Below, in pieces: positions 1 to 12,105 of a stretch of 64,000 nt of DNA. The stretch is from Malacoraja senta. Lineage: Eukaryota. The stretch spans positions 8,434,001 through 8,498,000 of the forward strand of contig CM075990.1 in assembly GCA_038087875.1 (NCBI GenBank), written 5' to 3'. The stretch's first letter is position 1, and each line of letters begins with the position of its first letter. The position numbers and the translations under genes were made by a program. The notes under the pieces were generated by a model that saw nothing but the letters and a program-made list of their open reading frames with translations, ran no database searches and was not told the DNA's origin.

Positions 1-232
1 ACTCTCGATTCTTGTTTTTTGATTCAGGTTGTTCATTCTGTAATTTAATCATTGTTCCCTGTGCAATAAAAGCGTGGTATATAAATAATAGAATACACTA
101 ATCCCACAAGCTGTGGCTTGCCAGCACACCGATATATGAATTACACACACAGACACACACAATATATATGAATCACACCGAGTATCAGTCATACTAACAC
201 TTAGCCTCAACCACACAACAAATACATCAAAA

Positions 233-234
<2 letters not shown>

Positions 235-320
<86 letters not shown>
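235..320. repeat. (AC)n microsatellite
   Basis: Uninterrupted AC dinucleotide run. Confidence 0.98.
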
Positions 321-322
<2 letters not shown>

Positions 323-421
323 TTCCAACATTGCAACAAGTACTCTTTCTTCCTCACTTTTAGCCAGGGTCGATGAGATCAAATGTGTGTGTGCAGACGC
401 GCCCTTTAGGGTTAACTTTAA

Positions 422-525
422 GGTGCCGCAGTGGTAGAGTTCTTGCCTCACAGCGCCAGAGCCCCGGGTTTGATCTCGACTATGGGTGCTGTCTTTACGG
501 AGTTTGTACGTTCTCCCTGTAACCC
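422..525 (+). mobile_element. HE1-like tRNA-derived SINE, 5' fragment
   Basis: A-box/B-box-like head (gcagtggtagag...gggtttgatc) followed by the body motif tacggagtttgtacgttctccc, shared with fuller copies at 13066, 44393 and 59008. Confidence 0.8.
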
Positions 526-702
526 GTGGCAGAGCCTACTAGACACCCACCGCCCTCTCTCTCTGCAAAAGAAAACTGCTCCACACATCACCTTTAAGCT
601 TTGCTCCTCTCCAAGCTTAGCCCCCTTGCCTTTGACATCTGTACCTCGGCACACGTGACAATAAGAAACCTGAAACCTAAACTATTTTTCATTACCTTAT
701 TA

Positions 703-800
703 TAGACAATAGACAATAGACAATAGGTGCAGGAGTAGGCCATTCAGCCCTTCGAGCCAGCACCGCCATTCAATGTGATCATGGCTGATCATCCACAATT
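703..800 (-). mobile_element. CR1/HER1 LINE 3' tail fragment
   Basis: Reverse complement of the tail found after CR1 ORF2 at about 26510-26595, ending in (tctattg)n. Confidence 0.8.
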
Positions 801-954
801 ATTGCGTACACCTTTGGTCTCAACCCTAACGGAAGGAAGTGGTAACAATAAAGGGGGTAATGAAGGGATGCACAACACTGTTGCCTGGAATCGAGGGAGG
901 GTGGTATTAAGAAGAGATTAGCTGAGCTGGGTTTATTCTCATCAGAGTATAAGA

Positions 955-1154
955 NNNNNNNNNNNNNNNNNNNNNNNNNNNNNNNNNNNNNNNNNNNNNN
1001 NNNNNNNNNNNNNNNNNNNNNNNNNNNNNNNNNNNNNNNNNNNNNNNNNNNNNNNNNNNNNNNNNNNNNNNNNNNNNNNNNNNNNNNNNNNNNNNNNNNN
1101 NNNNNNNNNNNNNNNNNNNNNNNNNNNNNNNNNNNNNNNNNNNNNNNNNNNNNN
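955..1154. other. Assembly gap (200 N)
   Basis: Run of N. Confidence 1.
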
Positions 1155-2087
1155 GGGGTGGGGAGAAGAAAGGGAAAAGGCGGAGGAGGAGCCCGAGGGC
1201 TGAGGGATGGGAGGAGACAGCCAGAGGGCTGAGGAAGGGGAGGAGACAGCTAGGGTTAGCAAAATTGGGAGAATTCAATGTTCATGCCCCAGGATGCAGA
1301 CTGCCCAAGCGGAATATGAGGTGCAATTCCTCCAATTTCCGGTGTTGCTCGCTCTGGCCATGGAGGAGACCCAGGACAGAGAGGTCGGATTCGGAATGGG
1401 AGGGGGAGTTGAAGTGCTGAGCCACCGGGAGGTCAGGTTGGTTATTGCGGACCGAACGGAGGTGTTCGGCGAAACGATCGCCAAGCCTCCGCTTGGTCTC
1501 ACCGATGTAGATCAGCTGACATCTAGAGCAGCGGATGCAATAGATGAGGTTGGAGGAGATGCAGGTGAACCTCTGTCGCACCTGGAACGACTGCTTAGGT
1601 CCTTGAATGGAGTCGAGGGGGGAGGTGAAGGGAAGAATTGACAAGGGAGTTACGGAGGGAGCGGTCTTTGCGGAAGGCAGACATGGGGGGGAGATGGGAA
1701 GATGTGGCGAGTGGTGGTCACGTTGGAGGGTGGCGAAACTGATGGAGGATCACTTGTTGTATGTGACGGCTGGTGGGGTGAAAGGTGAGGACTAGGGGGA
1801 CTCTGCCCTTGTTGCGAGTGGGGGGATGGGGAGAGAGAGCAGTGTTACGGAGTATGGCAGAGACCCTGGTGCGAGCCTCATCTATGGTGGAGGGGGGGGG
1901 GGGGCAACCCCCATTCCCTGAAGAATGAGGACATTTCGGATGCCCTGGTGTGGAACGCCTCATCCTGGGAGCAGATGCGGCGTAGACGGAGGAATTGGGA
2001 GTGGGGGATGGAGTCCTTACAGGAAGCAGGGTGGGAAGAAGTGTAGTCCAGATAGCCATGGGAGTCAGTAGGTTTATAGTGGATGGC
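1155..2087 (-). mobile_element. Penelope-like retroelement fragment (RT C-terminal region plus GIY-YIG endonuclease), disrupted
   Basis: ORF 1878..2096 HYKPTDSHGYLDYTSSHP...SQFLRLRRICS; ORF 1718..2089 RVPLVLTFHP; ORF 1282..1644 NLIYCIRCSRCQLIYIGETKRRLGDRFAEH (GIY-YIG). Confidence 0.93.
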
Positions 2088-2109
2088 AATAACCAACCTG
2101 GTTATTGTC

Positions 2110-2518
2110 CGGTTCGGTCCGCAATAACCAACCTGACCTCCCGGTGGCTCAGCACTTCAACTCCCCCTCCCATTCCGTATCCGACCTCTCTGTCCTGGGT
2201 CTCCTCCATGGCCAGAGCGAGCAACACCGGAAATTGGAGGAAATGCACCTCATATTCCGCTTGGGCAGTCTGCATCCTGGGGGCATGAACATTGAATTCT
2301 CCCAATTTTGCTAGCCCTTGCTGTCTCCTCCCCTTCCTCAGCCCTCTGGCTGTCTCCTCCCATCCCTCAGCCCTCGGGCTCCTCCTCCGCCTTTTTCCTT
2401 TCTTCTCCCCACCCCCTATCAGTCTGAAGAAGGATTTCGGCCCGAAACGTTGCCTATTTCCTTCGCTCCATAGATGCTGCTGCACCCGCTGAGTTTCCCC
2501 AGCATTTTTGTGTACCTT
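2110..2518 (+). mobile_element. Penelope-like terminal repeat (pLTR), inverted relative to the upstream copy, with hammerhead-like core
   Basis: Near-exact reverse complement of about 1155-1456; encodes the endonuclease C-terminus PVAQHFNS...GMNIEFSQF; CTGAAGA...GAAAC at about 2424-2448. Confidence 0.9.
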
Positions 2519-3047
2519 GATCGGACTTTAATGGCTTTATCTTGCACTAAACGTTACTCCCTCATCATGTATCTGTACACAGTGAATGGCTCGATTGTAA
2601 TCATGTGTTGTCTCTCCGCTGACTAGTTAGCATGCAACAAAAACTTTCCACTGTACCTCGGTCCACATGACAATAAGCTAAACTGAAGCGGCTATATATT
2701 CTGTTGGCATCTTTTGAGATGTTTCAGTTGCCAGTACAAAATCACTCGGGTCAGGAGAGGATTTTTTTGCAAAGATACTGAAAATATTGCTTTAATCCAA
2801 GTGTATTTCAGCCGCACGGTCCTGTTTGACGGAGTTGTGCATGGAAATTTCACGGTGATTAAGTGCCTTGTGTTTGAGAAGGTGATGTGGGATCCTCTGC
2901 ATTCACCTGGAAAAGGCAGTAAGAGCTTTGATGTAATATCTGTCATCTGAAGGACAACATGTTCGGCAGTAAGTGCTGTGTTGTTAGTGCCCTGAAACAT
3001 CACCCGACATTGTAACTTTACATCGGGTGCTCCAGGAGCGTTACTAA

Positions 3048-3252
3048 AGGGCCTGTCCCACTTACGCGACCTTTACAGGCGACTGCCGGCACCCGTCATA
3101 GCTCGCCAAAATTTTCAACGTTGAAAATTCAGCGGCGACCAGAAAGACGCGACGGCTCTTTGGAGACCTCTCACGACTATACAGGCGACCCCTGGCGACA
3201 TGTCGCGGGTGACCTCTCATAACCATAGGAGACCTCTCACGACCATACAGCC
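3048..3252. mobile_element. Truncated Harbinger/PIF-like MITE
   Basis: TAA followed by AGGGCCTGTCCCACT, the same terminus type as the complete elements at 43305 and 55686; no second TIR found. Confidence 0.6.
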
Positions 3253-3551
3253 TGTATAATTTACAGAAACTATGTACCATACCATCCTTACAGCATTAGA
3301 AAATGGGAGGAAGCAAGAACACCTGAGGAAACCATTGACATCAGAGGGAGAACATGCAAACTGCACACGAGTAACATCCAAGGTTAATGTTGAACTCAGG
3401 GGACTGGTGTTGTGAGGCAGCCATGCAACCTGCAGTGCCACTGCACTGCCCCAAATTGTTGAACGGCTGAAGTCCCTCTGGTGCAGGTTGGTTCAGGTGG
3501 TGAGTTCAGGATTTGGACCCAGCAGAAGGTGGTGTGTGACTTGCAGATGAT

Positions 3552-4125
3552 GGTAGATACAAGGAACTGCAGTTGCTGCTTTACAAAGAATGACACAAAA
3601 TGTCTGGAGTGGCTCAACGAGACAGGCAGCAACTCTGCAGAACATGGACAGGCAACATTTCGGATCAGGATTGCAGGATCCCAACCTAAAACGTCGCCCG
3701 TCCATGTTCTCCAGAGATGCTGACTGATTTGCTGATTAACTCCGAAAAAAACTGGTAACTCAGCGGGACAGGCAGCATCTCTGGAGAGAAGGAATGGCTG
3801 ACGTTTCGGGTCGAGACCCTTCTTCAGACTTCAGACGCTGATTTACTCCAGTACTTTGTGCCTGTAGATGATGCTGCTCCCAAGATTTTTAGTTGCCCTT
3901 ATTTGTCTTGTGGTGGAAGTGTGGGATTTTGTTGTCAGAGTGGCCAACAAATCAACAAATATGAAGAGGAACATCTGGCCTTCTGCTGTCCTCACAGCCA
4001 GGGTCTCGACCCGAAACGTCACCTATTCCTTTTCTCCAGAGATGCTGCCTGACTCGCTGAGTTACTCCAGCTATTTGTGTCCATCTTCGGTGTAAACCAG
4101 CATCTGCAGTTCCTTCCTACACACA
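3552..4125. mobile_element. Cluster of short Penelope-pLTR-derived repeats in both orientations
   Basis: Recurrent ctggagtaactcagcggg..aggcagcatctctggag..gtgacgtttcgggtcgagacccttcttcagact and its reverse complement; intact hammerhead core on the - strand at 3797-3830. Confidence 0.8.
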
Positions 4126-4479
4126 TGATAACTGCATGCCTGCACATAATTGGGCTGTGTTAATTAGTTTATATGAAAGGTCAGATGCTGTATGGCCTTC
4201 AGATGATTTCCAGCACCTTGTGTGTTCAATTTCACATTTTCAGCATTCATCGAATTTTGCTTTTATTTTTTTCTGGCATGAAATAATTAATACCTGAGTT
4301 GACATTCTGTTAATTTATTGTAACTATGATCAAAGGAATGGCACAGATCAATGACTACTTGGAGAATAATGCAAACCACAGCACGAAAGTAGAGAAATTT
4401 TATGTTGCTTCAGATCTGTCTTCGAATAGGGGACATAATGAAATGCAGAGGTCACAATGAAAGCAAAATGACATTTGTT

Positions 4480-5235
4480 TGTAATAGTTGCTCGTTTCTG
4501 AGCTTACCCCCAGTCTAGTTTCGGTAAAAACACTGAATCAAGCACTTGAAATAACTAAAGTTTATTTTACCAAATGCACGTCACAGATTAAACACTGTAC
4601 ATATCCCCACCGCGGGTTCGATCCCTGAGTCTGTCTGTTCAGGCCGTCTAGGCCTCGCGTAGACAGAGACACTCCAGAAGTTCTCCAGAAGATCGACCTG
4701 GAGCCTCGTGATCACGGCCTTTTATATGCCCCGCGAACCTGAGGGCCGAACCACACCGGGGGTTGTCCTACAATTACCCAATAACAGATATCGATTAACC
4801 CCATACATAACAGACATTTCCCTAACCCAATAATACAACAGCTCAATACATTGTATTCACAACGGACTTCAGGATGAAGTTAACCATTGAAACATTTACA
4901 CTGATTTACAGAGCTTTCAGACAAGGCTTAACACCCCATCCAATAAACATCCAGCAGTCAGATTCTCCAACATTATTTACAATCTATTTACAAAATGTAT
5001 ATCTAGTTTGCAACCACCCAATCCATTCTATGCATTTGGTATCAGATTGACAAGGCTTGCAGGTTCCCTGTCCTTTTGCATATGAATTGGATCTAAGCTC
5101 CAGACTTTCTGGCACCTCTCACAGCTTGTCCCAGCTCTGCAGAGAGCATACCCAATTTGACGAAATCTCCCAGCAAACCCTGAAACTTAACCCCATTTTG
5201 AAGTCCTGACTGGTCCAATTTAGCCAGGATTAACA
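4480..5235 (-). mobile_element. Possible solo LTR
   Basis: TGTAAT...TTAACA ends; on the - strand a TATAAAA (about 4720) lies upstream of AATAAA (about 4561); CpG-rich core. No clean TSD and the right boundary is uncertain. Confidence 0.4.
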
Positions 5236-5684
5236 TTTGGAAAGATTAACATGAAAAAGACAGCATTCCATTTTAAGAAAATGACATTATTTTGTGTGGT
5301 GAACAGGATGTTAGACATGTGGCCGAACGAGGAAGAAATGAGATAATAGTGCATTAAAGAATTCAACCTGTGGGGAGCTGAACAAAATAGAGACAATTCA
5401 TCTCATGGACTTTCTGAAACCACTTGATAAACAACTTAAAAATATCACCTGATGGGGTTGGCAATGATAAAGATTTTCTCTCAGGTGGGTAGACACAAAA
5501 AGTTGGATTAACTCAGAGGGTCAGACAGTATCTCTGGAGAAAAGGAATAGGTGACGTTTTGGGTCGAGACCCTTCTTCAGACTCTGGTGAATGTACAGCC
5601 TAGATTCCTCCTCAATGGACAGTGTTTTATTGTCATATGTCCCAGATTGAACAATGAAATTCTTACTTGCAGCATATATTAGAG

Positions 5685-5876
5685 CAGTGGTTCTTAACCT
5701 TTTTGACACCAGTACGCGCATACGTGAACAAAATACTGTATGTGGTATGTGCCTTTGTTAGGTTCCTAAACATGGGCTCAACAAATTGATATGTTATTTG
5801 TGTCCCCTTCATGACCCCCGGCAAAGCCCCAAACGACCCCCATAAGGGGTCACGACCACCAGGTTAAGAACCACTG
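5685..5876. mobile_element. hAT (Charlie-like) MITE
   Basis: 16-bp TIRs CAGTGGTTCTTAACCT / AGGTTAAGAACCACTG; ttagag on both flanks (partial TSD). Confidence 0.85.
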
Positions 5877-6481
5877 TTAGAGTCATACAGTGCAAAAACA
5901 GGCCCTTTGGCCCAACTAGTCCATGCTGACCAAGATGCACATCTAAGCTAGTCCTGCTTGCCTGCTTTTGGCCCTCCTTGTGAATCTCTTCTATCCACGT
6001 ACCTGTCCAAATGTCTTTTAAATGTCATTACCGTACTTGCCTCAACCATCTCCTCTGGCAGTTCCTTCCATAAACCCACCACCCTCCAAGCTGAGATATT
6101 TACCCATTCCCTCCATTTTTACTGCTTTCATTAAAGTAGGCAAGTTGTCCAATTCATCTGCCGCCATTCTCTTCAATAGCCTTGATCACTCAATGAGATT
6201 GGCCATAGTAAATGACTGCAGAAAGATTGCGGAGAAAGAAAGCAGTGGGTAGAGACAAAGGAGATACCAAAAGTGAGGAAAAGAGATCAATGTTGGGAGA
6301 GAGGGAAAGAATGAAAACAGTGAAGCAATTTTCAGCTAATTTATGGTCCAGTCATCTGTAGTCCTGAGTGCAAGACTACTTCATATCCTGCATTACTCTG
6401 AACCTGGTATTTCTCTGCATTAATTTAATTGAAGACTAATAATGAATGGGAAATATTCAGCACTGGACTCAATACTCCCAA

Positions 6482-7118
6482 AAGGACACAAAGTGCTGGA
6501 GTAACTCAGCGGGTCAGGCAGCATCTCTGAAAAACATGGGTAGGGCTTGAGACTCGTGGCGTTTTGGCTTGAGACCCTTCTTTAGACTGGTTGTGGGATG
6601 GAGGAGGAAGAAGAAAGCTAGAGAAGAAGAGAAGCTAAAGTGTGGCAGATAATAGGTGGTCATAGGTGGGGGGGGGGGGGGGGGGGGAGATAGACAGATG
6701 GTTGTAACAAATGCCAGAGATAAGAGCAGAATGTGTGTGACAGGTTTGGAGAGTTGCAGATTGTGAAACTAGGGAGAGGAAAATAGCAAGACTGGTGTGG
6801 GAGGGGGGGAAGGGGGGAGTGAACTGGAGAAATGGGTTGGAGTCCAGGTGGGGCACATGAGGGAAGGGGGGGATGTGGGGGAGAAAACTGGAGGAACAGC
6901 ACCTCATATTCTGCTTGGGTACCTTACAACCCAACAGTCTGAACATTGAATTCTCCAATTTTAGGTAACCTCTAACTAAACAGCCCCCACACTTTCTCCC
7001 CCCACAACTTCACTTTCTTCCCAAACCCTTCCCTGTCCTGTACCCCCTGTTGCCCGACCTGCTGAGTTCCTCCAGCACTTTGTGAGCTTTTGTGTATTAA
7101 CCAACGTCTGCAGTTCTT
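6482..7118. mobile_element. Degraded Penelope-like inverted fragments
   Basis: Minus-strand pLTR followed by a plus-strand endonuclease C-terminus (EEQHLIFCLGTLQPNSLNIEFSNF). Confidence 0.75.
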
Positions 7119-9984
7119 TGCTCAATGCTGCCGTTTTTGTTGATGGGTGAGTGAAGCTGGAATTGTCCCTCGAAAGACAGAGGGAACGAGCGACAGAGCT
7201 GGAACTGAGGGTAACAAAGAATTTGGAGATGAAAGAACTGACAGCCATGGAACAGTTGACTTGGCAACCGTGCTTTATGGTGCCTGCCTGGAGAAACCCT
7301 GCAGTAGTTTGAGAGTTGTAATCATACTTGAGATTTTTAACCAGCGCCATCAGCAATTTATGAGATATTTTCTACATCTTTATTTCCTTTATAAGCTGCT
7401 TCACTGATTCCATATTATTTTCTATCACTATTTCCCTCCGAGCTGTTATTGTTCCAATCTCTGACCTAGTTTACCAAACACAGGAAGGTGAATTGTATTC
7501 TGCACCGATGCACCCAAACCTCAGAGCAGATCTTCAGATCTCTGAAATATCAATTAGTGACCGGGCAATGAGGTCTGGTCATGAGATCATGTGATAGGAG
7601 CAGAATTAGGCCACTCGGCCCATCATGTCTACCTTGCCATTCAATCATGGCTGATCTATCTCTCCCTCCTATCCCCATTCTCCTGCCTTCTCCTCATATC
7701 CTTTGACACCCGTACTAATGCAGAATCTATCTATCTATCTCTGCCTTAAATATATCCACTGATGGCCTCCACAACCTTCTGTGGCAAAGAATTCCACAAA
7801 GAATTGGTGATGTGGTTTAAGTGATAATTGTTAGTTGGATTACTAAGAGAGTTGGACAATAGCCAATAGGTGCAGGAGTAGACCATTCAGCCCCGTCGAG
7901 CTAGCACCGCCATTCAATGTGATCATGGCTGATCATCCCCAATCTGTACCCCGTTCCTGCCTTCTCCCCATATCCCCTGACTCCGCTCTCTTTAAGAGCC
8001 CTATCTAGCTCTCTCTTGAAAGTATCCAGAGAACCAGCCTCCAGCGCCCTCTCTTCTACTGCTCCTCAACATATGTTGTGGGATCTTAAGCAGGAGTCCG
8101 GGGCTTCTCTGAATGGCGGCACCTCTGACAGTCCTGGACACCTTTCAATTCTCTCCCACTGACAACACACCATCCGTTAGCCAGGCTGGGTAAGTTAAGG
8201 CGACATGATGTTAATGACAGTTTCTGAAATTAGGAGTGACTAAGAAGGGAGGGTGGAGAGAAGGTGTAATTTTCAATGGTGGAAATAGAGCAACATGGTT
8301 CCATGGTTTTTATGCAATATGTTGCATAATGTGCATAGATTTCTTTTGAGGAATGCAAATTGGAGGCTAGTTTATCTCTATTAATGACAGCATTTTTATC
8401 GTGGTGATAAAACCTGATTCAGACATGATTCCACCCGATATCAGCAAATGCCAAATTGATCCGCAGCCTGAAACATTGATCATCATCGTTATCTCAGCAA
8501 TCGACCCTGACAATAAATGATCCTCTCTGATATGGAGTAATCTGACATATTCTAACCCATTATTTTTTTTACAAATACATATTTCTGAGCTCTCACTAAT
8601 CCCATTCTTATTCCATTATTTAAAGGGCTATGTAATGGAAAAATATATGGTACAGCAGTGGCCATTAGCTAATATTGGACACACTGTGGCAAGAAGAGTT
8701 GTATAAGTTAGTTCATGTTCTATCTCTCAGTCCAATCCCTGTAGGCCCCTCTACTTCAAGTTTTCAATCAAGTATGATTTACTTGTGATGAAGGGTTTGG
8801 TGATATGGTGTGGAAACATGCCCTTTGGCCCACCGTGTCCATGCCTACCACAATCATCCCTACACTATGTTATATCTTAGGTACTAGGGACAATTTATAG
8901 ATGCCAATTAACCTACAAACCTGCACGTCTTTGTAACGTGGGTGGAAACCGGAGCACCCAGAGAAAAATCACGTGGTCACAGGGAGAACGTACAGACAGC
9001 ACCCATTGTCAGGATAGAACCAGTGTCTCTGGTGTTGTAAGGCAGCAACTCTACTGTGCAGAACCTATAAGGTGTTGTATCTCTTTGTGTGAGGAAAGAA
9101 ATTCCTTATATAAATGACCTTAAAGTATATATCTCTTTCATGTGTAGGAAGGAAGATAGACACAAAAAGCTGGAGTAACTCAGCGGGACAGGCAGCATGT
9201 GTGGAGAGAAGGAATGGGTGCTGTTTCGGGTCGAGACCCTTCTATTCCTTCTCTCCAGAGATGCTGCCTATCTCTCTTTCATTTTCTGCTGCTCTTGTTA
9301 CCTTGATGTACAACATAAGCAAATGATTTCTTCTCCCTCTCTCTAAACCTCTCAACAGTTTGTGTACAGTTGGGGACACATTGAGGGTAATTATAGGGAT
9401 GAGGACTGGGGTGCCATACATCTAAAACATCAAAAGGTACGAATGAGAATTTACCACCACCCCTTTCACAGTTCAACTAGCTGAAAGCTTTGAAATCTCA
9501 TGTCATTGTTCAGGGCTTGTTCCTGGCAGGATTCCTTCCTAATGAGCTCAGGAGTCCTGTCTTGATGCTTGCATTACCAGAGCTCTTTAGTTCTTCTGAG
9601 GCACACAGCGCTCTATTAATGGATGCGTCAGGAAGTGGCTTAGGACCACTGAGATATGTGTTATGATTTAGCCGTGTTTAGACTAAATCTTGCCTGGCCT
9701 GTTTAATGCTTCGGGGACAGATGCTGAATAATTCCCTCTCCTCCGATTGTGGCAGATCATTAACGTTCCGACGGATGGACCCACGGACCTTCTCCCATTC
9801 ATCATTACTCCTCTTTATATGTTATTCACGCACCGACTGTCCGTACTGATCTGGTCTCTCTCCTTGCTCCTTATTTCTAGCTGTGTCTCTTCTTACTGTG
9901 CATTTTGTACATCAACAAATTCCTGGATAGAACATATAGGAACATGCCCTTCAGCCTACAATGTCCATGCCAAACATGATGTCA

Positions 9985-10380
9985 TTCATCATCGTTGAAA
10001 ACATTAGCGACGCAGTGGTGCTGGTTTCCAACGGGAACGGTGACGGACGCACCACACATCTCTGTCCTCCAGTTCCTGCGGACTTCCGCCGCTGGAAGTA
10101 CAGGATTTTGGTGTGTGTGCTTTATCATCATTCCATACAATGCCGTGTACGACAGTGATCGCAACTTCTACTGAAGTGTGGATGGCCGTTGGCTCGCTAG
10201 AAGCTCATCCGCCCTTTGACAGGTCTTGCTTTTGGCCCTGCTGGGGGTCCACAGCCCCCTCCTCACCTGGCAAACCAGGTGGGGGAGACGGTTTAGTCGC
10301 CCACTATCTGACCATGGAGCAGGTAGCACGGGATTACATGGTACCCGTGGCGGTGGGAACTCCCCCCGATCTGACCTGAA
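9985..10380 (-). mobile_element. Short non-autonomous retroposon, possibly Ingi/Vingi- or RTE-related
   Basis: 13-bp TSD with one mismatch (aaacatgatgtca 9972-9984 / aaatatgatgtca 10381-10393); GAT-type tail on the - strand; GC/CpG-rich body. Family assignment is inference. Confidence 0.6.
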
Positions 10381-11331
10381 AAATATGATGTCAGGTTAAA
10401 CTAATCTCCCGTGCCTGCCTGCCTGCTTGAAATCATGGGATTCATCCTGAACCTCATAACTCAAGCAGCCATATGACCCTATGAATCAGGAGGAGGGGGT
10501 CATAGTCCTCCAGCCTTCTCTGCCATGTAATAGACTGTGATTTGACTCTAGCCTTAACTCCATTTCTGTGTCTGCCCACAGTAACATTTTGCCTTTCCTT
10601 TGTTTATCAAATCTGTGATAAAATATACAAATGATATTGTCCTTTGAGGAAGAGTGTTCCAAACATTCACAACTTTCTGAGGGAATAAAAATGAACATCA
10701 TCAGCTTTAACCAGCAACCCCCTGGTTCAAGACTCTCCCACATCCTCTCCAAATCCACCCGTCAGTTTTGATCATTACCTATCGGCAGATACAAGCCTGG
10801 CTCATCCACTCACACCTCAAGAGACAACCTGGTCATTCCACAGATTAGCCCAGTGAGCTTTCTCCGAGATACTCCAGCACATCAGTTGGTGGCAAGTATG
10901 TCAGGCTGAAACTCCACAAATTAGGCTGATTATTGTATGATCTTGTGTCTCGGAAGAGATCTGAACGGTATTGAACTGCATCAGTTGGTTGCAAATGTCA
11001 AACCCTGAAAGGTCACTGCCCATTGCTATAAAACAGGCTTTGCAACAGTTGTCCTTCAATTGTTTGAGTACATTTTCAGAAGATCCAGACAAATGGCCAG
11101 AGTTTTGGAATATTTTCTTTCTGAGATTGTCTGAAGCACTTTTAAGCCCCTTGACATGAAGGAGCATGTGAGCAGGTTTAACATAAATCTCCAGATCTGT
11201 GGCAACAATATAGCCGAGGCAGGTTGCCTTTCATGGGTCCCGGAGACACAAGGAAATGCAGGTGCTCAAATCTCAATCAAAAGACAAAGTGCTGGAGTAA
11301 CTGAGTGGGTCTGACATCATCTATGGAGAGG

Positions 11332-11617
11332 GTGTACGAAGGAACTGCAGATGCTGGTTTAAACCGAAGATAGACACAAAAAGCTGGAGTAACTCAGCGG
11401 GACCGGCAGCATCTCTGGAGAGAAGGAATGGGTGATGTTTGGGGTCGAGACCCTTTTTCAGAAGAAGGGATAGGTGACGTTTCGGGTCGAGACCCTTCTT
11501 CAGAAGAAGGAAGGGTCTCAACCCGAAACATCACCTTTGAAACATCACCTATTCCTTTTCTCCAGAGATGCTGCCTCTCCCGCTGAGATACTCCAGCTTC
11601 TTGTGTCTATCTTCAGC
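11332..11617. mobile_element. Fold-back Penelope-derived element with tandem hammerhead cores
   Basis: Two - strand units 42 nt apart, then a + strand unit. Confidence 0.8.
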
Positions 11618-11898
11618 ATTTATGGGGAGGATGGATAGGCTACGGTTCGAGTCATGGCCCTCCTTGAGAGACTGTTTGGGTTGGAAGATCAGGAGTCACA
11701 GATGGGGGGGGGGGGGGGCAGTGAAAGAAGGTTTCACAGACCTCCCTTCAGAGAGGGGAGGAGAACTTCAAAATAGTCATATCGTGAAGAGACTTTGCAG
11801 TGGAGCAGTTAAATGGAAATACAAAGAACTGCAGATGCTGGAACTTTGAGCAACATTCAAAGAGCTGAAGTCAGCGGTCCAGGCTGCAGCTGTGTTGG

Positions 11899-12105
11899 CA
11901 GGGCCATCTTAATGCACGGGGCCCCACCAGCATAGGGGCCCCACGCTAATCTATGTATTGGAGAATGTTATTGTAGTATATGAAAACGGAGAAGAACATT
12001 GCAAGTGCATGACGGCATATTTGATTCGGCATAAAGGTACTGGAAGTGTAGGGGCCCCAGTGCACTCTTTGCCCGGGGGCCTATAATGCTGTTAAGACGG
12101 CCCTC
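11899..12105. mobile_element. hAT MITE
   Basis: TIRs CAGGGCCATCTTAA / TTAAGACGGCCCTC; exact 8-bp TSD tgtgttgg (11891-11898, 12106-12113); nested in a pLTR-derived repeat. Confidence 0.88.

Noticed and set aside
49..357. 102-aa ORF with poly-(CV)
   Set aside because: Translation of the (AC)n microsatellite.
907..1278. ORFs spanning the N run
   Set aside because: Artefacts of reading through the assembly gap.
3001..3029. Small hairpin cacccga...tcgggtg
   Set aside because: Short, imperfect and without supporting context.
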